This document shows positions 49,749-63,768 of a stretch of DNA of 64,000 nucleotides, piece after piece. The stretch spans positions 17,856,001-17,920,000 of the forward strand of contig NC_043015.1 in the NCBI RefSeq assembly GCF_006345805.1, read 5' to 3'. The position numbers and the translations under genes were made by a program. The first letter of the stretch is position 1, and the number at the start of each line of letters is the position of its first letter. This DNA is from Octopus sinensis. Lineage: Eukaryota. The notes below the pieces were generated by a model, which worked only from the letters and a program-made list of their open reading frames with translations, was not told the origin of the DNA and searched no databases.

Positions 49749-51394
49749 GAAAAAAAACCTTTTATCAATTCAATAATGAAAAAATTAAATTATACCATTT
49801 AGAAAAATTACATCTTATAGAAAGATTAAATATAAGATAAAACATATACCAATGATTAAGTAATGTGCAAAATTCATTATTACACAATGAGATTATTTGT
49901 AGGGCTAAATCATATTGTATAGGGAGTAATTATTGTTCATTGTGTAATAATGAATTAAAAAAAATATCATTTAATAACAATTATGTGTTGGAAAAATTCA
50001 TTCATTAGAGGAACATAAAATTAAATGTAAACAAATTAAATTACCTATATAATAGGTTTAGCTAATAAATAAATGATTATATATATTTATTAAGATATAT
50101 TAATTATAGTAATATAAATTAATTTATATATTTTATTTATTAATTATTTGGACTTTAGTAAATAGTCATTTAAAATTAAATACTAACATAAATTTATTTA
50201 CCTATATGGTACATTTAGCTAATTTTTTTGTATATATAAAACCTTATTTCTTTTTATGTTATTTATTTCTTGTAGATATGATTTATATTTTATGTAATAA
50301 TTATTTGGTATTTAATTTATAGTAAATAGTCATTTATAGTTCTTTTGTTATTCTATTTTTAATTCTTGAAGCTTAAATATTTTTTGTCTTTTTCATTAAT
50401 AAATATTTTTCATCATTTTCATTGATAATTTTATTCTATTTTTTTACATAACGTCTTCATGAATTTAATTTCTTATAAACGCTAAGACCTACATTTTTAC
50501 ATTTAAAATTCAGTTATATAATATTCGTCAACAAGCTAAGTAACGTTTTTTATTTAATAATATTATTTAACTTTTGAATTGTATCATGTTTGATTATTAT
50601 TATTATTGTTGTTAAAATATTAATTTATATATAATTTATTGATAATTATGAGTTATGATATGTATATATATTTATTTATTATGTTTATTATTATTTTTAT
50701 AATGTGATTTAACGTATTACATATAATTTAATTTGAGAAATAGTTTTGTAAGACATATTATTTAATAGTTAGGTGGTATATTTATTACGTAGTATTACAT
50801 TTGAGTAAATAAGTTTAATGTTAATTGATATTTTGGTCAACTATATAATTCAGTAAAATTTTAAATCTATAGATACTACATATATATCAATATAGTTAGT
50901 TTATATAATAGGTGTGTATATATTTGAACCATTTCCTAATTTTAATTCTAATATTTATAGCTTGTACTAGCATTATGTATATTACATAACATTAAGATTT
51001 TTAATATAAATTACTTAATGAGTATAAGATTTTATTTAGATGTTTATTAAATAAATAAAATAATTAATAATTTATTTTAATGTATATAGATTAAATTATA
51101 GTATTTAATTTTCACTTAATGTATATTTTGTATTTTATATATATATATATATATATACATGTTTTAAATATTTTAATTAATTGTATTTTATTTCCTAATA
51201 ATAATTATATAGTTTATTATTCTTTTCTTGTATATGTCAAAATTTTACTTTTGTAGATATAATAAATATTTATACCATTTTATTCTATTTTTTATTTAAA
51301 TAAGAATATACTTGTTAAGATATTTCATATTTTACAAGATTATATACATATATTTATTAATTTATCTAATTAATTATTTTATTGTTTTTATCTT

Positions 51395-51477
51395 TAACCT
51401 GAAGAGTGACTATATTTATATTGAAATGATTTTACTATTATCATTTCTTAAATAGAGCCACGAAACACGTGTAGTTA
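51395..51477 (+). ncRNA. Type I hammerhead ribozyme, canonical core, extended stem II
   Basis: TAAC CTGAAGA GTG..CTAT-ATTT..GAAATGAT/ATCATTTC..AAATAG..CAC GAAA CACGTG TA GTTA. Predicted cleavage after 51473. Confidence 0.82.
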
Positions 51478-52056
51478 TTCTACCAAGTATATACGTTTTA
51501 TTCATTATTTTGCACATTGCTTAATCATTAGTATATGTTTTATCTTTCTCTAAGGTGTAATTTTTCTAAATGGTATAATTTATTTTTTTCATTATTGAAT
51601 TGATAAAGGGTGTTTTTTTCTAATGGAAATTAATTAAAATTTATATTTCCAGTGGTCTAACGTGTAAAAAAATTTAGTCAAAAAGACTATATATTAGTCA
51701 TACGATATAGTGTATATTTAAACACATTATTATGGCCAGCAAAGGACTGCGTCTGCGCAATAAATTTTGAAAATGTTAGGACGTATAAACACGAGACAAG
51801 TAGTTTTGATTGTCCCGTGTGTATACGTTTAACCCTAGGTTGGAACTGCTGAGGAAGATCAAACCTAGTGAGTTCTCCTTGACTCGCTAAAATAAGATCA
51901 GAAACCAATTGGTCCAGGAACCTAGATGGTAAATGTTTTTCATTTCTAAATTTATTCCTGTCGAATTTTATCCCTAACTTTTGTGGTTATAGAACCTAGC
52001 TGTTCTTTCTAGCATGTACAATCCCGATAAGTGGATTCCTTATGTGTTTAAATATA

Positions 52057-52119
<63 letters not shown>

Positions 52120-52359
52120 ATATTTTGTGAAATTTGATTTAGTATTTCTAAACTGAATTTTTCCCAGTAAGTTTGGAATAATATTCCCATAATATTATTA
52201 TTATTATTATTATTATAAATGAATAAATGGTGGGGATGTGTTGACCGCACGTGGAGAAATGATAGGAGAGGAAAAATTATAAAAAGTCAGAATGCTAAAT
52301 TCAAGGTAAATTTTAATAAAAATTAACAAAATTAACAAAATAACAACAACCGATAAATC

Positions 52360-52540
52360 TCCCAGAATACCGTCAAATTCCACTAAGTAGCCACATAGGC
52401 TCATGCGCTAGAGGCAAAAATCCTAAATTTCACATATTCCCCTTCTACCAATGTAAAGATGGAATCACTACACAAGAAAGAATCAATAAGGAGAATCTTT
52501 TTATTGAAAAATTCCAAACGCATCTTAATATGCAAACTCC
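52360..52540 (+). mobile_element. Penelope-like GIY-YIG C-terminal fragment
   Basis: RQIPLSSHIGSCARGKNPKFHIFPFYQCKDGITTQERINKENLFIEKF. Confidence 0.7.
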
Positions 52541-53571
52541 ACGATGACCATACTCCTTTTTCTAACATCCTATCTGACAAAAAATGAATATAAGCATCCT
52601 GTTTGACAAAAAGTCCATCATCCCAATTGAAGAGCTTAAAATCCACAGAGTTGTCTCCCCTTACTCATAGGAACTGGATAACTCCTACCCCATTTCCTGT
52701 TTTGACACTCTTTTACCAAACATTTTAAACTAAGCACCATGCTTAATCACATGGATCTTAATCCTCCAAAGAAATTTTTCCAAGGACTATTATTGAACTC
52801 AAAAAACATGACTCTACAATGTATCGGTATACTTATTTTTTAATTTTTGTATATCTTTATTATTATTTTTTTGAAAAAAACATTGTAAATTTCTTTTTTT
52901 TCCCTTTCAAAATCTTGAAAATTTGTTTTGCTATGAAAACCGGTTTGAGTTATTATTTTGTTAATTTTCCTTACACCCATTTTTAAAATTTACCTTCAAT
53001 TTTGCATTCTGCCTTTTTATAATTTTCCCTCTCCTATATGTATATATATATATAAAGATTCAGATAGAATCAGGTATTTGAAAAGATATGCAACAGGTAG
53101 GGTTGGATAAACCTGTGGTCACCGCCTATGGTTGATAAATATCAAATAGGATATTCCAGTTGTGTACACAGAGAAAACCAAGCCTATGAGTATTTAGTGC
53201 CTAAATTATATGTTGTTGGTATACTCCAGGGTGTCCGATGTGTCATAAATTCTAATGGTGTATTATAATCAAATCAATAATAACAAACAATGGATAATTG
53301 TCAGTTCATTACAGCTGTTTCTTACACATCTTTTAAATAGAATGAGAACATTACTTCATTGCAAAAAAACTGTAATCACCAGACAAAACATAATTTTAAA
53401 AACAAATGAATATGTCAAGAATACAGCAGGGACATGGCTGAAGTCTGTTGAGGCTGTATTCTTAGGATATTCTTTTGTTTTTCAAATTATGTTTCAGCTG
53501 ATGATTTTGCAATGAAGTAATTTCGTTTTGGATTTGGTTTGCAAGATTCTTTATATGAGTTCATATTCTGT

Positions 53572-53771
53572 TGTCTGGGGAGAGTCATTTTCTTTTTGTG
53601 CCTTATAATGTAACACACTCACCGGTAAAATTTCCACTTATTTCTTATTTTTATTTTCTTAAAAAGACGCAACGAAAATTTTAGGAAAATAAAAATAAGA
53701 AATAATTGGAAATTTTACCGGTGAGTGTGTTACATTATAAGGCACAAAAAGAAAATGACTCTCCCCAGACA
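53572..53771. repeat. Near-perfect ~200-bp palindrome
   Basis: TGTCTGGGGAGAGTCATTTTCTTTTTGTGCCTTATAATGTAACACACTCACCGGTAAAATTTCCA and its reverse complement, short loop. Confidence 0.9.
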
Positions 53772-53969
53772 CAACAGCAATGAAGTAATGTTCTCATTCT
53801 TTTATTTAATTATTCATCTCTGTTATCATTCATTTGATTGTGTGATTTTACCTTTTTTAAAATTGAATTAAATTTAATAGTATTTTAGAATGTCTAATGG
53901 AATTAAAAATTATTTTTATGCATTTTACAAAATAATAGAATTAAAATTTCTTTGATTAAAACCCTTTCT

Positions 53970-54830
53970 AACATGGAAGTATCCAAAGATCATTTAAGGC
54001 ACGTAATGCTTTATGAGTATAAAAAAAGAAACTCTGCAGCCGAAGCGACTCAGAACATACACTCAGTTTATGGGAAAGAATGCTTGAATGAAAGAACTAA
54101 CAGAAGATGGTTTGCAAAATTCAGAAGTGAAGATTTCAGCCTTGAAGATGAAGATTGAACAGGATGTCCAGTTGAGTTTGATGATAAGCTCCTTGAGACA
54201 TTACTTGAAGAAAATCCTGCATTATCAGTTGAAGAATTGGTAATAAAGCTTAGTTCAAACCATACAACTGTTCATTGTCATCTTCAGCAACTTGGAAAGG
54301 TTCCTAAACTTGGAAAATAGGTGCCTCATAAATTGTCCGAAAGCAACCACAAATCCTGAGTTGACATCTGCTCTTCTCTCCAATCTTGTGAACTCGTTTT
54401 GCCCTTTTTGGATAGACTTGTGACTGGGGACGAAAACGGGTCTTCTATCAAAATGTTAAATGTCATAAACAGTGACTTAGTAAAAGGGAAAAAGTTTAAC
54501 CACAACCGAGAAGGGAACTTCATGGAAAAAATGTTCTTCCCTCTATCTGGTGGGATTGCAAAGGAGTAATTCACTTTGAATTGTTAGCACCTAATGCAAC
54601 AATCAATGCTCAAGTCTACTGTCAGCAATTAGAGTGCTTGAACCAAGCTTTGAAGAAAAAAACGACCTGCTTTAGTGAATCGAAAAGGAGTGATGTTTCA
54701 TCAGGACAATGCGCGACCCTACACTGCAAAGATCACATCACAGGAGATCAAAGAGCTTGGTTGGGAAAAAAATTTCTCATCCACCTTATTCTTCCGACAC
54801 CTTATTCTATGACACATTATTTTAATGATC
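53970..54830 (+). mobile_element. Mariner transposase pseudogene
   Basis: MEVSKDHLRHVMLYEY, RRWFAKFRSEDFSLED, VTGDE, INAQVYCQQL, MFHQDNARP. Confidence 0.88.
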
Positions 54831-54934
54831 ATTAAAATAATGGAAGTGATGTTAAGTAATCACAGTGAAAAATTGTTATAATACCATGAAAGAATATACA
54901 ACACACTCATAACTTACAAAACATATTTGGGCAT

Positions 54935-57776
54935 GCAACCTATTAATCTGCAACACTAACTTCAGGAAGCCAGACAGCCACCTGATAACGTATCAATCAG
55001 GCGAATCTGCTAGCCAGATTAATTTCATCCTCACCAGACAGCAGGATGCAGGGTTGCTCTTAAATACAAAGACCCTCCCTGGTGAGAAATCCACCCCCCA
55101 GCATAAACTAGTTATTAGTGACTTTAGGCTCGAGGCCAGAATAATGTCAAGAAGTAGACCTATCCAGAAAAGAAGGATTTGGAAGCTAAAGAACCCTTCA
55201 CATGGTCAGAGATTTAGGGACATCCTCATTGAGAAATTTGATGAAAGAAAGGAGGTGCTACAGACTTCGGACATAGAGGGTAACTGGAAATTCCTACAGA
55301 ACAGTTTACTGAGTGCCACAGTCCAAATCTGCAGCTGTTACAAAGTCTCTTCCAGAGCTAGAGTAACGTTGTGGTGGAATAATACTGTAGACAAGGCCAT
55401 TAGAGCAAAGAAACGGGCATGGAAGAGTAGGGGTAGCAGGGAAGTGTACCAGATAGCCTGAAAGGAGGCTGGGTGACAGGTTTACATAGCCAAAGGAGAA
55501 GCAGAAAAGAAGTTTGCCAATATTCAGCGACGTGAAGATCAAAGATTGCAAGACAGTGTGTGAGAAAATTGCGATGTCACAGAAGAGAAATGTTCCGCAT
55601 GGATGATGGTGCACTTGCTTTTAATGATTCTGCAAAGAAAGAGGTTTGGGGAAGCCATTATGAAAGACCGCTGGATGTGGAAAATGCATGGGAGGAGGAG
55701 AGCCTGCCAGATGTTGACTCATTAGAGGGACCAGCTACCCAAATAGATAGCACCCTGGTAGACAAAGCAATTAAGGATATGAAGTCAGAAAAAGCTCCTG
55801 GCTCATCAGGAGTCACTGCTGAGATGCTTAAAATATCTGGTGTTTGTTATGGCCTAGTCACCTGTATTGTACACCAGGTAGTTCACGAAAGAGTCATACC
55901 TAATGACTGGCAAAGCAACACCATAGTCAACTGCTACAAAGGTAAAAGTGATGCTTTAGATAGAAATAACTACAGGGGTATCTGCTGGATCAGGTGATGA
56001 AGGTCATTGTCCAACTAATTAGGGAGAGAGTATGCTTAGATGAGATGCAGTTCGGTTTTGTGCCAGGTAGAAGCAGCACTGATGCTATATTCCTTTTACG
56101 GCAACTGCAGGAGAAATATATAGCCAAAGATAAACTCCGATACTTGGCTTTTGTTGACTTGAAGAAAGCCTTTGACAGGGTCCCCTGGTCCCTTATCTGG
56201 TGGGCGATGCGGAAACTTGGGATTGACGAGTGGTTAATAAGAGCTGTATAGGCCCTGTACAGGGATGTCATTAGTAAGGTAAGGTTCGGCAATGAGCATA
56301 GTGAAGAATTCCGGGTAGAAGCAGGGGTTCACCAAGGATCAGCCCTCAGTCTCCTATTATTCATCATAGTCCTCTAGGCAATAACAGAGGAATCACTACC
56401 AGAACTAGAAAAGAAATTTCAGGTGTGGAAGCAAGGTTTAGAATCAATGATGCAAAAACCAAAGTCCTAGAAAATAGGAAGGCGAACACATCACAAACCC
56501 CTTCAGGTAGATGGCCCTGCTTGATCTGTAGAAAAGGTGTAGGCAGAAACTCCAGATGTATCTACTGTAAGCTATGGACGCATAAGAGGTGCAGCAACAT
56601 CAAAAGGTTAACCAGAAAGATAGCTTTTGTGTGCGGCAGATGCACAGGGGCAATAAATATGCTCAGAAAACTGATTCCATCACATGCCAGGATGAGAAAC
56701 TAGAAGCAGTTGATAGCTTCCACTACCCAAATGACCAAGTCTGTAGTAGGGATGGATGCTCGGAGAGCATTGCCACTAGAATAAGAATAGCCTGGGCAAA
56801 GTTCAGAAAGCTCCTACCTCTACTGGTGACAAAGGGCCTCTTGCTCAGTGTGAAAGGTAGATTGTATGATGCATGTGTGCAAACTGCCATGCTACACAGC
56901 AGTGAAACATGGGCCGTGACAGCTGAAGACATGCATAGACTTGAAAGAAATGAAGCTAGTATGATCTGCTGGATGTGTAATGTCAGTGTGCACACATGAC
57001 AGAGTGTAAGCACCCTGAGAGAAATGTTGGACATAAGAAACATCAGATGTAGCTTACCAGAGAGACGACTGCACTGGTATGGTCATGTGCTGCATATGGA
57101 TGAGGAGAGCTGTGTGAAGAAGTGTCACTCCCTAACAGTGAAAGGAACCCATGGAAGAGGGAGACCCAGGAAGACATGGGATGAGGTGGTGAAGCATGAC
57201 GTCCGAACATTGGGCCTCACAGAGGCAATGACAAAAGACCAAGATCTCTGGAGATATGCTGTGATTGAGAAGACCCAGCAAGTAAAATGAGATCACAGCC
57301 GTAACCTACACTAGTGTCGCATAACCAGCCCATTTAAAAAGTACTTTTGAATTGTTGGGTGACTCGCCATGCTTGAGGAGACCTATTGAGTCAAGTAAAA
57401 TCAAAATCAAATGGAAATTGTAGTTGAGGCCAATGCCAGTGCCACCTGACTGGCTCCCACTCCAGTGGCATGTAAAAAACACCATCCAAACGTGTTTGAT
57501 GCCAGGCCCACCGCCCTGACTGGCTCCTGTGCTGGTAGCACGTAAAAAGCACCATCCGTACATGGCCGATGCCGGTGCTGCCTGACTGGCTCTCATGCCA
57601 AGTGGCACATAAAAAGCACCCACTACACTCTCGGAGTGGTTGGTGTTAGGAAGGGCATCCAGCTGTAGAAACATAGCCAGATCAGATTGGAATCTAGTGT
57701 GGCCTCCTGGCTTGCCAGTCCCCAGTCAAACCGTCCAACCCATGCAAGCATGGAAAACAGACGTTAAACGATGATG
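54935..57776 (+). mobile_element. RTE LINE, 5'-truncated within the endonuclease, through RT, 3' UTR and (GAT)n tail
   Basis: PQHKLVISDF (APE C-terminus), NYRGI, QFGFVPGRS, PHD-like WPCLICRKGVGRNS, RGRPRKTW; many stops and frameshifts. Confidence 0.92.
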
Positions 57777-57789
57777 TTTGATTCAGTTG

Positions 57790-60700
57790 GGTCGTCTGAC
57801 TAAATTGGCAATCCCAACAAGCTTGCTTGGTGAGGAGGGTGATTGTTGGACACCCTGTGGGACGAAAAATAAGACCTGTCAAACAGTGGAAGAACTACTG
57901 TGTAGTCAACGGCCAATTCAAGTACCTTGTTGTGGTGAAGTACCTGTGTGCTCCATTGACCCAGAAAGCTATGCTAGAGGGAGAGAAATCTTCAGGCAGG
58001 TCTTACCAGGCCAGACAGGTCGAAGGGTAGGAGACAGACAAAGCCTTAACGACAATAAATCAAAGAATTGGCAGCAGGGCATGGATTTAGCTATCAGCAG
58101 GACCTAACAGATCAAATTCCTGGCTTTGAACTAGCAGGATGTCATGCAGAGGATCTTGAATACAAAACAGTGGACGAGACCCTTTATATTCCTAGTTAGA
58201 TGGAAACTGTGGGACCACATGGACCAGTGCCCTGTGACTCCTATAGCAACTGAAACCCATATGAATCAACACATTAACAGCACCAGGGTTAGCGCCCCTG
58301 ACTCAGAAGTTCCAAATGTTCAAGCAAGTTGCATAAAGACTGATGAAGGTACTTCTTTAAATCCAGCTGGAAGAGAAGTAGCTGATGATGAGAACAGAGG
58401 AATCAAACTTATGAACAGTAAAAAGTACCAGCAAATTGGAACAGTCAATGTAAGAACAGTTAGGGAAAAAGAGAAACATCTGGAGATGGCTAACAACTTT
58501 AACAAATGCAAACTAAACATCCTTGGAGTAGTTGAACACAAGATAGTGCATGAAGAAGACCCAACTCTCATTGAATGACTTGAAGGCTACACACTGATAA
58601 CAACAAGTGCATGGAGAAGTATTAATGGTGCTGCAGCAGGAGGGGTAGGATTAGTAATCAACGGTTTGGCAGAGAAAGCATTGGCTGAAGTAATACCAGT
58701 AAATGACAGAATAGTCACAGCTACGTTCAATGGAAAACCACCAACCACGGTAGTTGTTAATTATGCACCCACAATGGGAAGCAAGGATGCAGAGGAGCTC
58801 TACGAAACACTGACAAATGTCACTGATGAAATACCAAAACACCATGTTACCATAGATTGCAGTGATTTTAATGCTCATTTAGGCGAGGATGCAGTCCGCT
58901 ACACATTCCATAAGGAAACCAACAAAAATGATCAGCTTCTCCTGAATCATGCGGCAGAATGTAATCTTCGCATCACTAACACTCTATTCAAGAAAAAGAA
59001 AGGAAAACAATGGGTATTTACCTCTGACATGAATGGTAGCAAGACCCAAATTGATTATATACTAATTAATAAGAAATGGAAAAATTCTGTACACAATGTA
59101 GATGCATATAACAGCTTTAGCAGCTTAGGGGTGACTATCACTTAGTGACAGCCAGACTACATCTTAGACTATGTACAAGCAACACTCCTGCAAGGAAAAA
59201 ATGCCACGATTGGTTTACATTGCGAAATACAGAACTTCAACAGCTTTATATAGTTACAGTGTGTAACAGATTTGCTGAATTATCCAACAACAGGGACACT
59301 GTTACAGAGCAAGATGGCAAGTTTGTGCAATAAAATGAGGAAGCAGCAGCAAAACTGATACTGATAAAGAAGAGGATGAAATGGAGAAAGTTATCTGATG
59401 ATCCTAGGGTAGAGAAAGCATGCAGTGAAGTACAAGAGGCATTCAGCAACTATCAAAGAGCTGCCAACAATGATACTAAATAAACTTTACAAAGAAAGAA
59501 AGAGGGTCTAAAACAAATGTACCAAGAGATTCAAGAAGAACTGGATGAAATGCTCTCTAAGGTTGAAAATGCAAGCACAAAGAGTAAGCATGGAGAAGGC
59601 TGGAGGCTGATTAACTCCTTCAAGAAGTGGAACACTCATTTCTACAACTTACTCGGGAAGGATCCAGAAGTGGACAGTGAAACAGTAAATGAAGAATTAG
59701 CAAAGATACTTGACGGTTTGCAAATTGAGGATGGAGACTTCACAAAACAAGAAATAGAAAGCGCTACAAGTAACTTGAAAGAAGGAAAACAAACTGGTCC
59801 TAACAACATCCCATCAGAAGTACTAAAAAGATGTGATTTAGGTAACATTATCCTTGAATTTGCAAACAAACTACTAAATGACAATGTGAAGCCAGAACAA
59901 TGGTCTAAGATAGACTTGCTACCACTGCCCAAAACTGCAGACCTAAGTGATACTGGGAATTACAGAGGGAATTACAGAGCAACCAGTGTTGCAAAAATGG
60001 TCAACAAGATGAAACTTAACTGAATGCTACCTAAGATAGACAAACAATTCTGACCAAATCAAAATGGATTCAGATCAGGACGGTCAACAACATCTCACAT
60101 TGTTGCACTTAGAAGAATGATAGAGGGAGTTAAGAGCCATAACAGGAAGGCTATCATTATCCATGTAGACTTTAAAAAGGTTTTTGATTCAGTAAATAGA
60201 GGAATGATAATGAAGATACTTAAAGCATATGATATTCCACCAAGACTTCTGAGAGTAATAGGTAAGTTGTATGAGAACACCAGAGCGAATGTGATCACTC
60301 CTGATGGAGAGATGGAATACTTTGAAATCAAAGCCAGAGTATTACAAGGCGACACGCTAACACCTCTTTGCCATTGTTCTGGACTATGTAATGTGTAGAA
60401 GGTATGAGAACAAGGAAGAAGAACTGGGATTCAAACTGCATAGGCAAAGAAGTAGATGGCATCAAGCAGTAACAGTAACTGACCTAAACTATGCTGATGA
60501 CCTGGCATTACTAACAGAGAGGACAGATCAGGCACAGGAGGTGCTGAGCAGATTAGAGCAGGAATCAGGGAAAGTAGGATTGTACTGCAATGCAAACAAA
60601 ACAGAGTTGCAAGTATTCAGCCACGAAATGGCTGTGTCAGTGAAAGTGAGAGATGGTAAGTCACTGAAGGTAGTTGAAAATTTCAAATACCTTGGTGTGT

Positions 60701-61260
60701 GGACACAAAATACTGAAAAAGACATTGTAGCAAGGAAAGCTCTAGCCTGGCGCGCATGCCATAAATTGAGAAAGGTCTGGAGTTCAAAGTTAGCAAGGAA
60801 ATTGAAAGTGAGGTTGTTTCTGGCAACAGTGGAGTCTGTTCTACACAGGGCTGAAACAGGGACACTCACTAAAGCATTGAAGAAGCAGTTGGATGGTTGT
60901 TATGCAAGGGTGCTTAGAATGGCACTCAATGTCTCCTGGAAGAGTCATACAACAAATGCCGACTTATACCAGGGACTACCAAAAGTAGCATTGAAGATAC
61001 AGCATAGAAGAATGAGGCTAGATGGACACTGCATCAGACACACTGATGAAATTGCTAACAAGCTAGTGATCTGGCAACCAACAGAAGGAAGAACCAAGAA
61101 AGGAAAGAGGAAGATGACCTATATCAACAACTTGCGGAAAGATACTGGTATGGAAGGGGTACAGGAGCTGAGGACCATTACGGAAGATTGAGATGAATGG
61201 GGAAAATGTGTGGAAACAGTCTTGGGGCATCCTATGAGATGACCTAGATGAGAGATAAGA
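57790..61260 (+). mobile_element. Full-length but disrupted RTE/RTEX-like LINE (APE + RT) with 12-bp TSD
   Basis: IGTVNVRT...GGVG...NYAPT...DFNAHLG...QIDYIL (APE); NQNGFRSGRST, DFKKVFDS, VLQGDTL, NYADDLALL, FKYLG. TSD TTGATTCAGTTG at 57778-57789 and 61261-61272. Confidence 0.88.
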
Positions 61261-62311
61261 TTGATTCAGTTGTGGAGTCCAATAGCTGCAGAAGCAGCTT
61301 CAGTTCTTGTGGACAGTTGAAAGATTGAGGTCATTAGACCCGCTTAGTTGTAATATGAGATGCAATCACTTGCTAAAAAACACATTGAAGTCCTATATAA
61401 TAATATCTAATTTCTTCACATTTTCAGATATACATTGTTTCTAGTATATACTGAGTATAAAATAAGAACTTGAAATTGAAAAAATATAAAAAGAAAACCA
61501 ATTCGACATCATACTTCCAAAGTGACAAAAATTGGAGACAGATTAAAGGTCAAAGTATATCAATAGTTTGTTGATGTTTGTTCTGTCACAGAGAAAATTA
61601 GAAAGAAGCTGTAATAGTTTTGAGTAAACTTAATTGGGTTTTTAATAGACATCACACATGGCCTTTGCTGCCAACTTTGAGGGACAACTACAGTTTGGTT
61701 AACTGTAAAAAATTTTGCCTGTAAGCCAGTGTAATGAAGTCAGAAACTGATACATGTATATTACAAGCAACAAAATAATTCCACAAGTATCATTTGGCTA
61801 TGAGTTGGGACTGAACACAAAACCTATGTAAGGAACAAGTAGTGTTCCTAAAATAATAATGATAGCTACTGAAATTAAGATAACTCCTTTTGCAATATTA
61901 AATAAGCTATGTTTTAGATAAAATGTATTATATTACTTCTTTAATCTTCATTTTTCTGAGATACATTAACTTAAGAAACCAAGTTTAAGATTTGATAGAC
62001 TAAATTTGCAACATCTAAAATAGCTGATACATGAATTGGACAATTGAAACTGTGTAGCATTTCTGATATCATAAATAAGTAAAGATCAAAATGTGACATT
62101 ACTGTGATGTAAAAAAAAGCTGGATAGGTATCACTGGCAATTGTGAGGATTGAAAAGAATCATAGGTAGAGGGAGAACCTGCATATATTAACATGCTGGG
62201 GAGATAATACCATCTAGAGATTAACATCAGAGAGAACTATTTAGAAATTAACAGAAAAAATATTTAATGATTGACAACAAGGATAAGTAGGGTCAAAGTC
62301 ATTCACTGAAA

Positions 62312-62317
62312 TTTATT
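62312..62317 (-). terminator. Candidate AATAAA poly(A) signal for WTAP
   Basis: TTTATT on the + strand ~260 nt past the stop; no transcript evidence. Confidence 0.3.
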
Positions 62318-62575
62318 CAAACAAAAAGAAAAAAAAAACATCTCTGGAATTGCTTCTGCATTTCCAATTACTGAATCTTAGTGGCAGTTTCAGGAACACT
62401 ACATATATGTAAAAGTGGTTTCTTACAAATATCAAAGAGGACAGAGACAAATGGATAAAGATGAAATAGTTGGAATTGTGATCTTTTGTGGGGACATAAA
62501 AAAGTGACAATAAAAATGAAGAAAATAACATGACTAAAAACAAATGGAATGAAGAATATTTAAAAGCCAATTTGA

Positions 62576-63768
62576 TTAGTTGTCTTCATCTTCTGACATC
62601 ACTGATATAGTACCATTATTGCCTGATACTGGGCTTGTCTCTTCACAAACAATATTACTGCTAGTTTTGTCTGTCCACTTGTTATTGTGGCTGTTTAAGA
62701 GGGAACTTTCAGCAGTTAAAGCCTCATCACTAACAGTCTCAGATGTATCCATAGGTGTCTGTTCAACTGTCTCTTCAGTTAAATCTTTAGCAATTGGACT
62801 CATACTTTGATCCACTTCATAAGTGCCAAATTTAACAGGAAGAGGGGAAGTTTGGAAGTGACTGGAACCAGAATTATGATTTAATAAAGGAGATGGCACC
62901 CTTTCAGATGACAGTACAGTTGTTGGGGAGTGCACAACCACTGAATTCAATGAACTAATTTGTGTAGTTGACACAGTAATGTCAGTCTCAGAAGAGCTGG
63001 GATCCGCAGTTGGAGATGAACCTGCACTGTGAGGTGTCAATCTGTCACATGCTTCTTCATCAGTTTTACACTTGTTGTCAAGTTCACAAGGTTCCTCAGC
63101 AGGAATGCTATTATCAACAACAGAATCTATTTCCATATTTATTGTTTCTTCAACAACATTTTCTGCTAAACTAATGTTGTTTTCCACAATATTAGTGTTG
63201 GTAATGGTGTTGTTATCACAACTATCCTCCTCTTCCTCCTCCTCTAAATCCTCCTCCTCCTCCTCGTCATCATCATCATCATCATCACCATCATCATTAT
63301 CACCCTCATCATCATCATCGTCATCATCATCATCATCATTATCATCATCATCATTATTATCTACACTACTATCATTATCAGTAGCACCAATGTATTTACT
63401 GTCTTTATTAACAAACATGGGTGGGGAATAGTCATCAGTCGTTAGTATGTCTTGGGCCTGTGGTTGAACACTTTCTGCAATTGTACCATTGTTAGAATCT
63501 AGCTGAGACATCACATTGTCTGCAACAGTTACTGGTGTCTCAGATTGTTCTGTTCTAGCTACACTAGAAATAGCTGGAGAGCTTGACTGTTCACTGGCTG
63601 GTTCACATTCAGTTTCATTTACAGGAACAAGAGCTTTGAGCTTTTTATTTTCTTCTTTTAGTTGGTTCATCTGTTCTTTGGACTCTTTTAACTGTTGCTG
63701 CAATAAATATATCATGCTCTGCATACCCTCAACATCTTCATCAATCTCAGCCAAGAATTCGTCTAAAT
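62576..63768 (-). CDS. WTAP: Last coding exon of the m6A writer-complex subunit WTAP / female-lethal(2)D
   Basis: Acceptor tttttttcatgcag| then phase-1 xLDEFLAEIDEDVEGMQSMIYLLQQQLKESK, matching the WTAP coiled-coil motif (human LNDFIIQLDEEVEGMQSTILVLQQQLKET, from memory). Open to the stop at 62576. The track's TTG start at 63754 is not the real start. Confidence 0.88.

Noticed and set aside
57790-57890. HDV-like ribozyme at the LINE 5' end
   Set aside because: Only a simple TCGTCT/GGACGA pairing was found; I could not assign P1.1, P2 or P3 by eye. A descriptor search would be needed.
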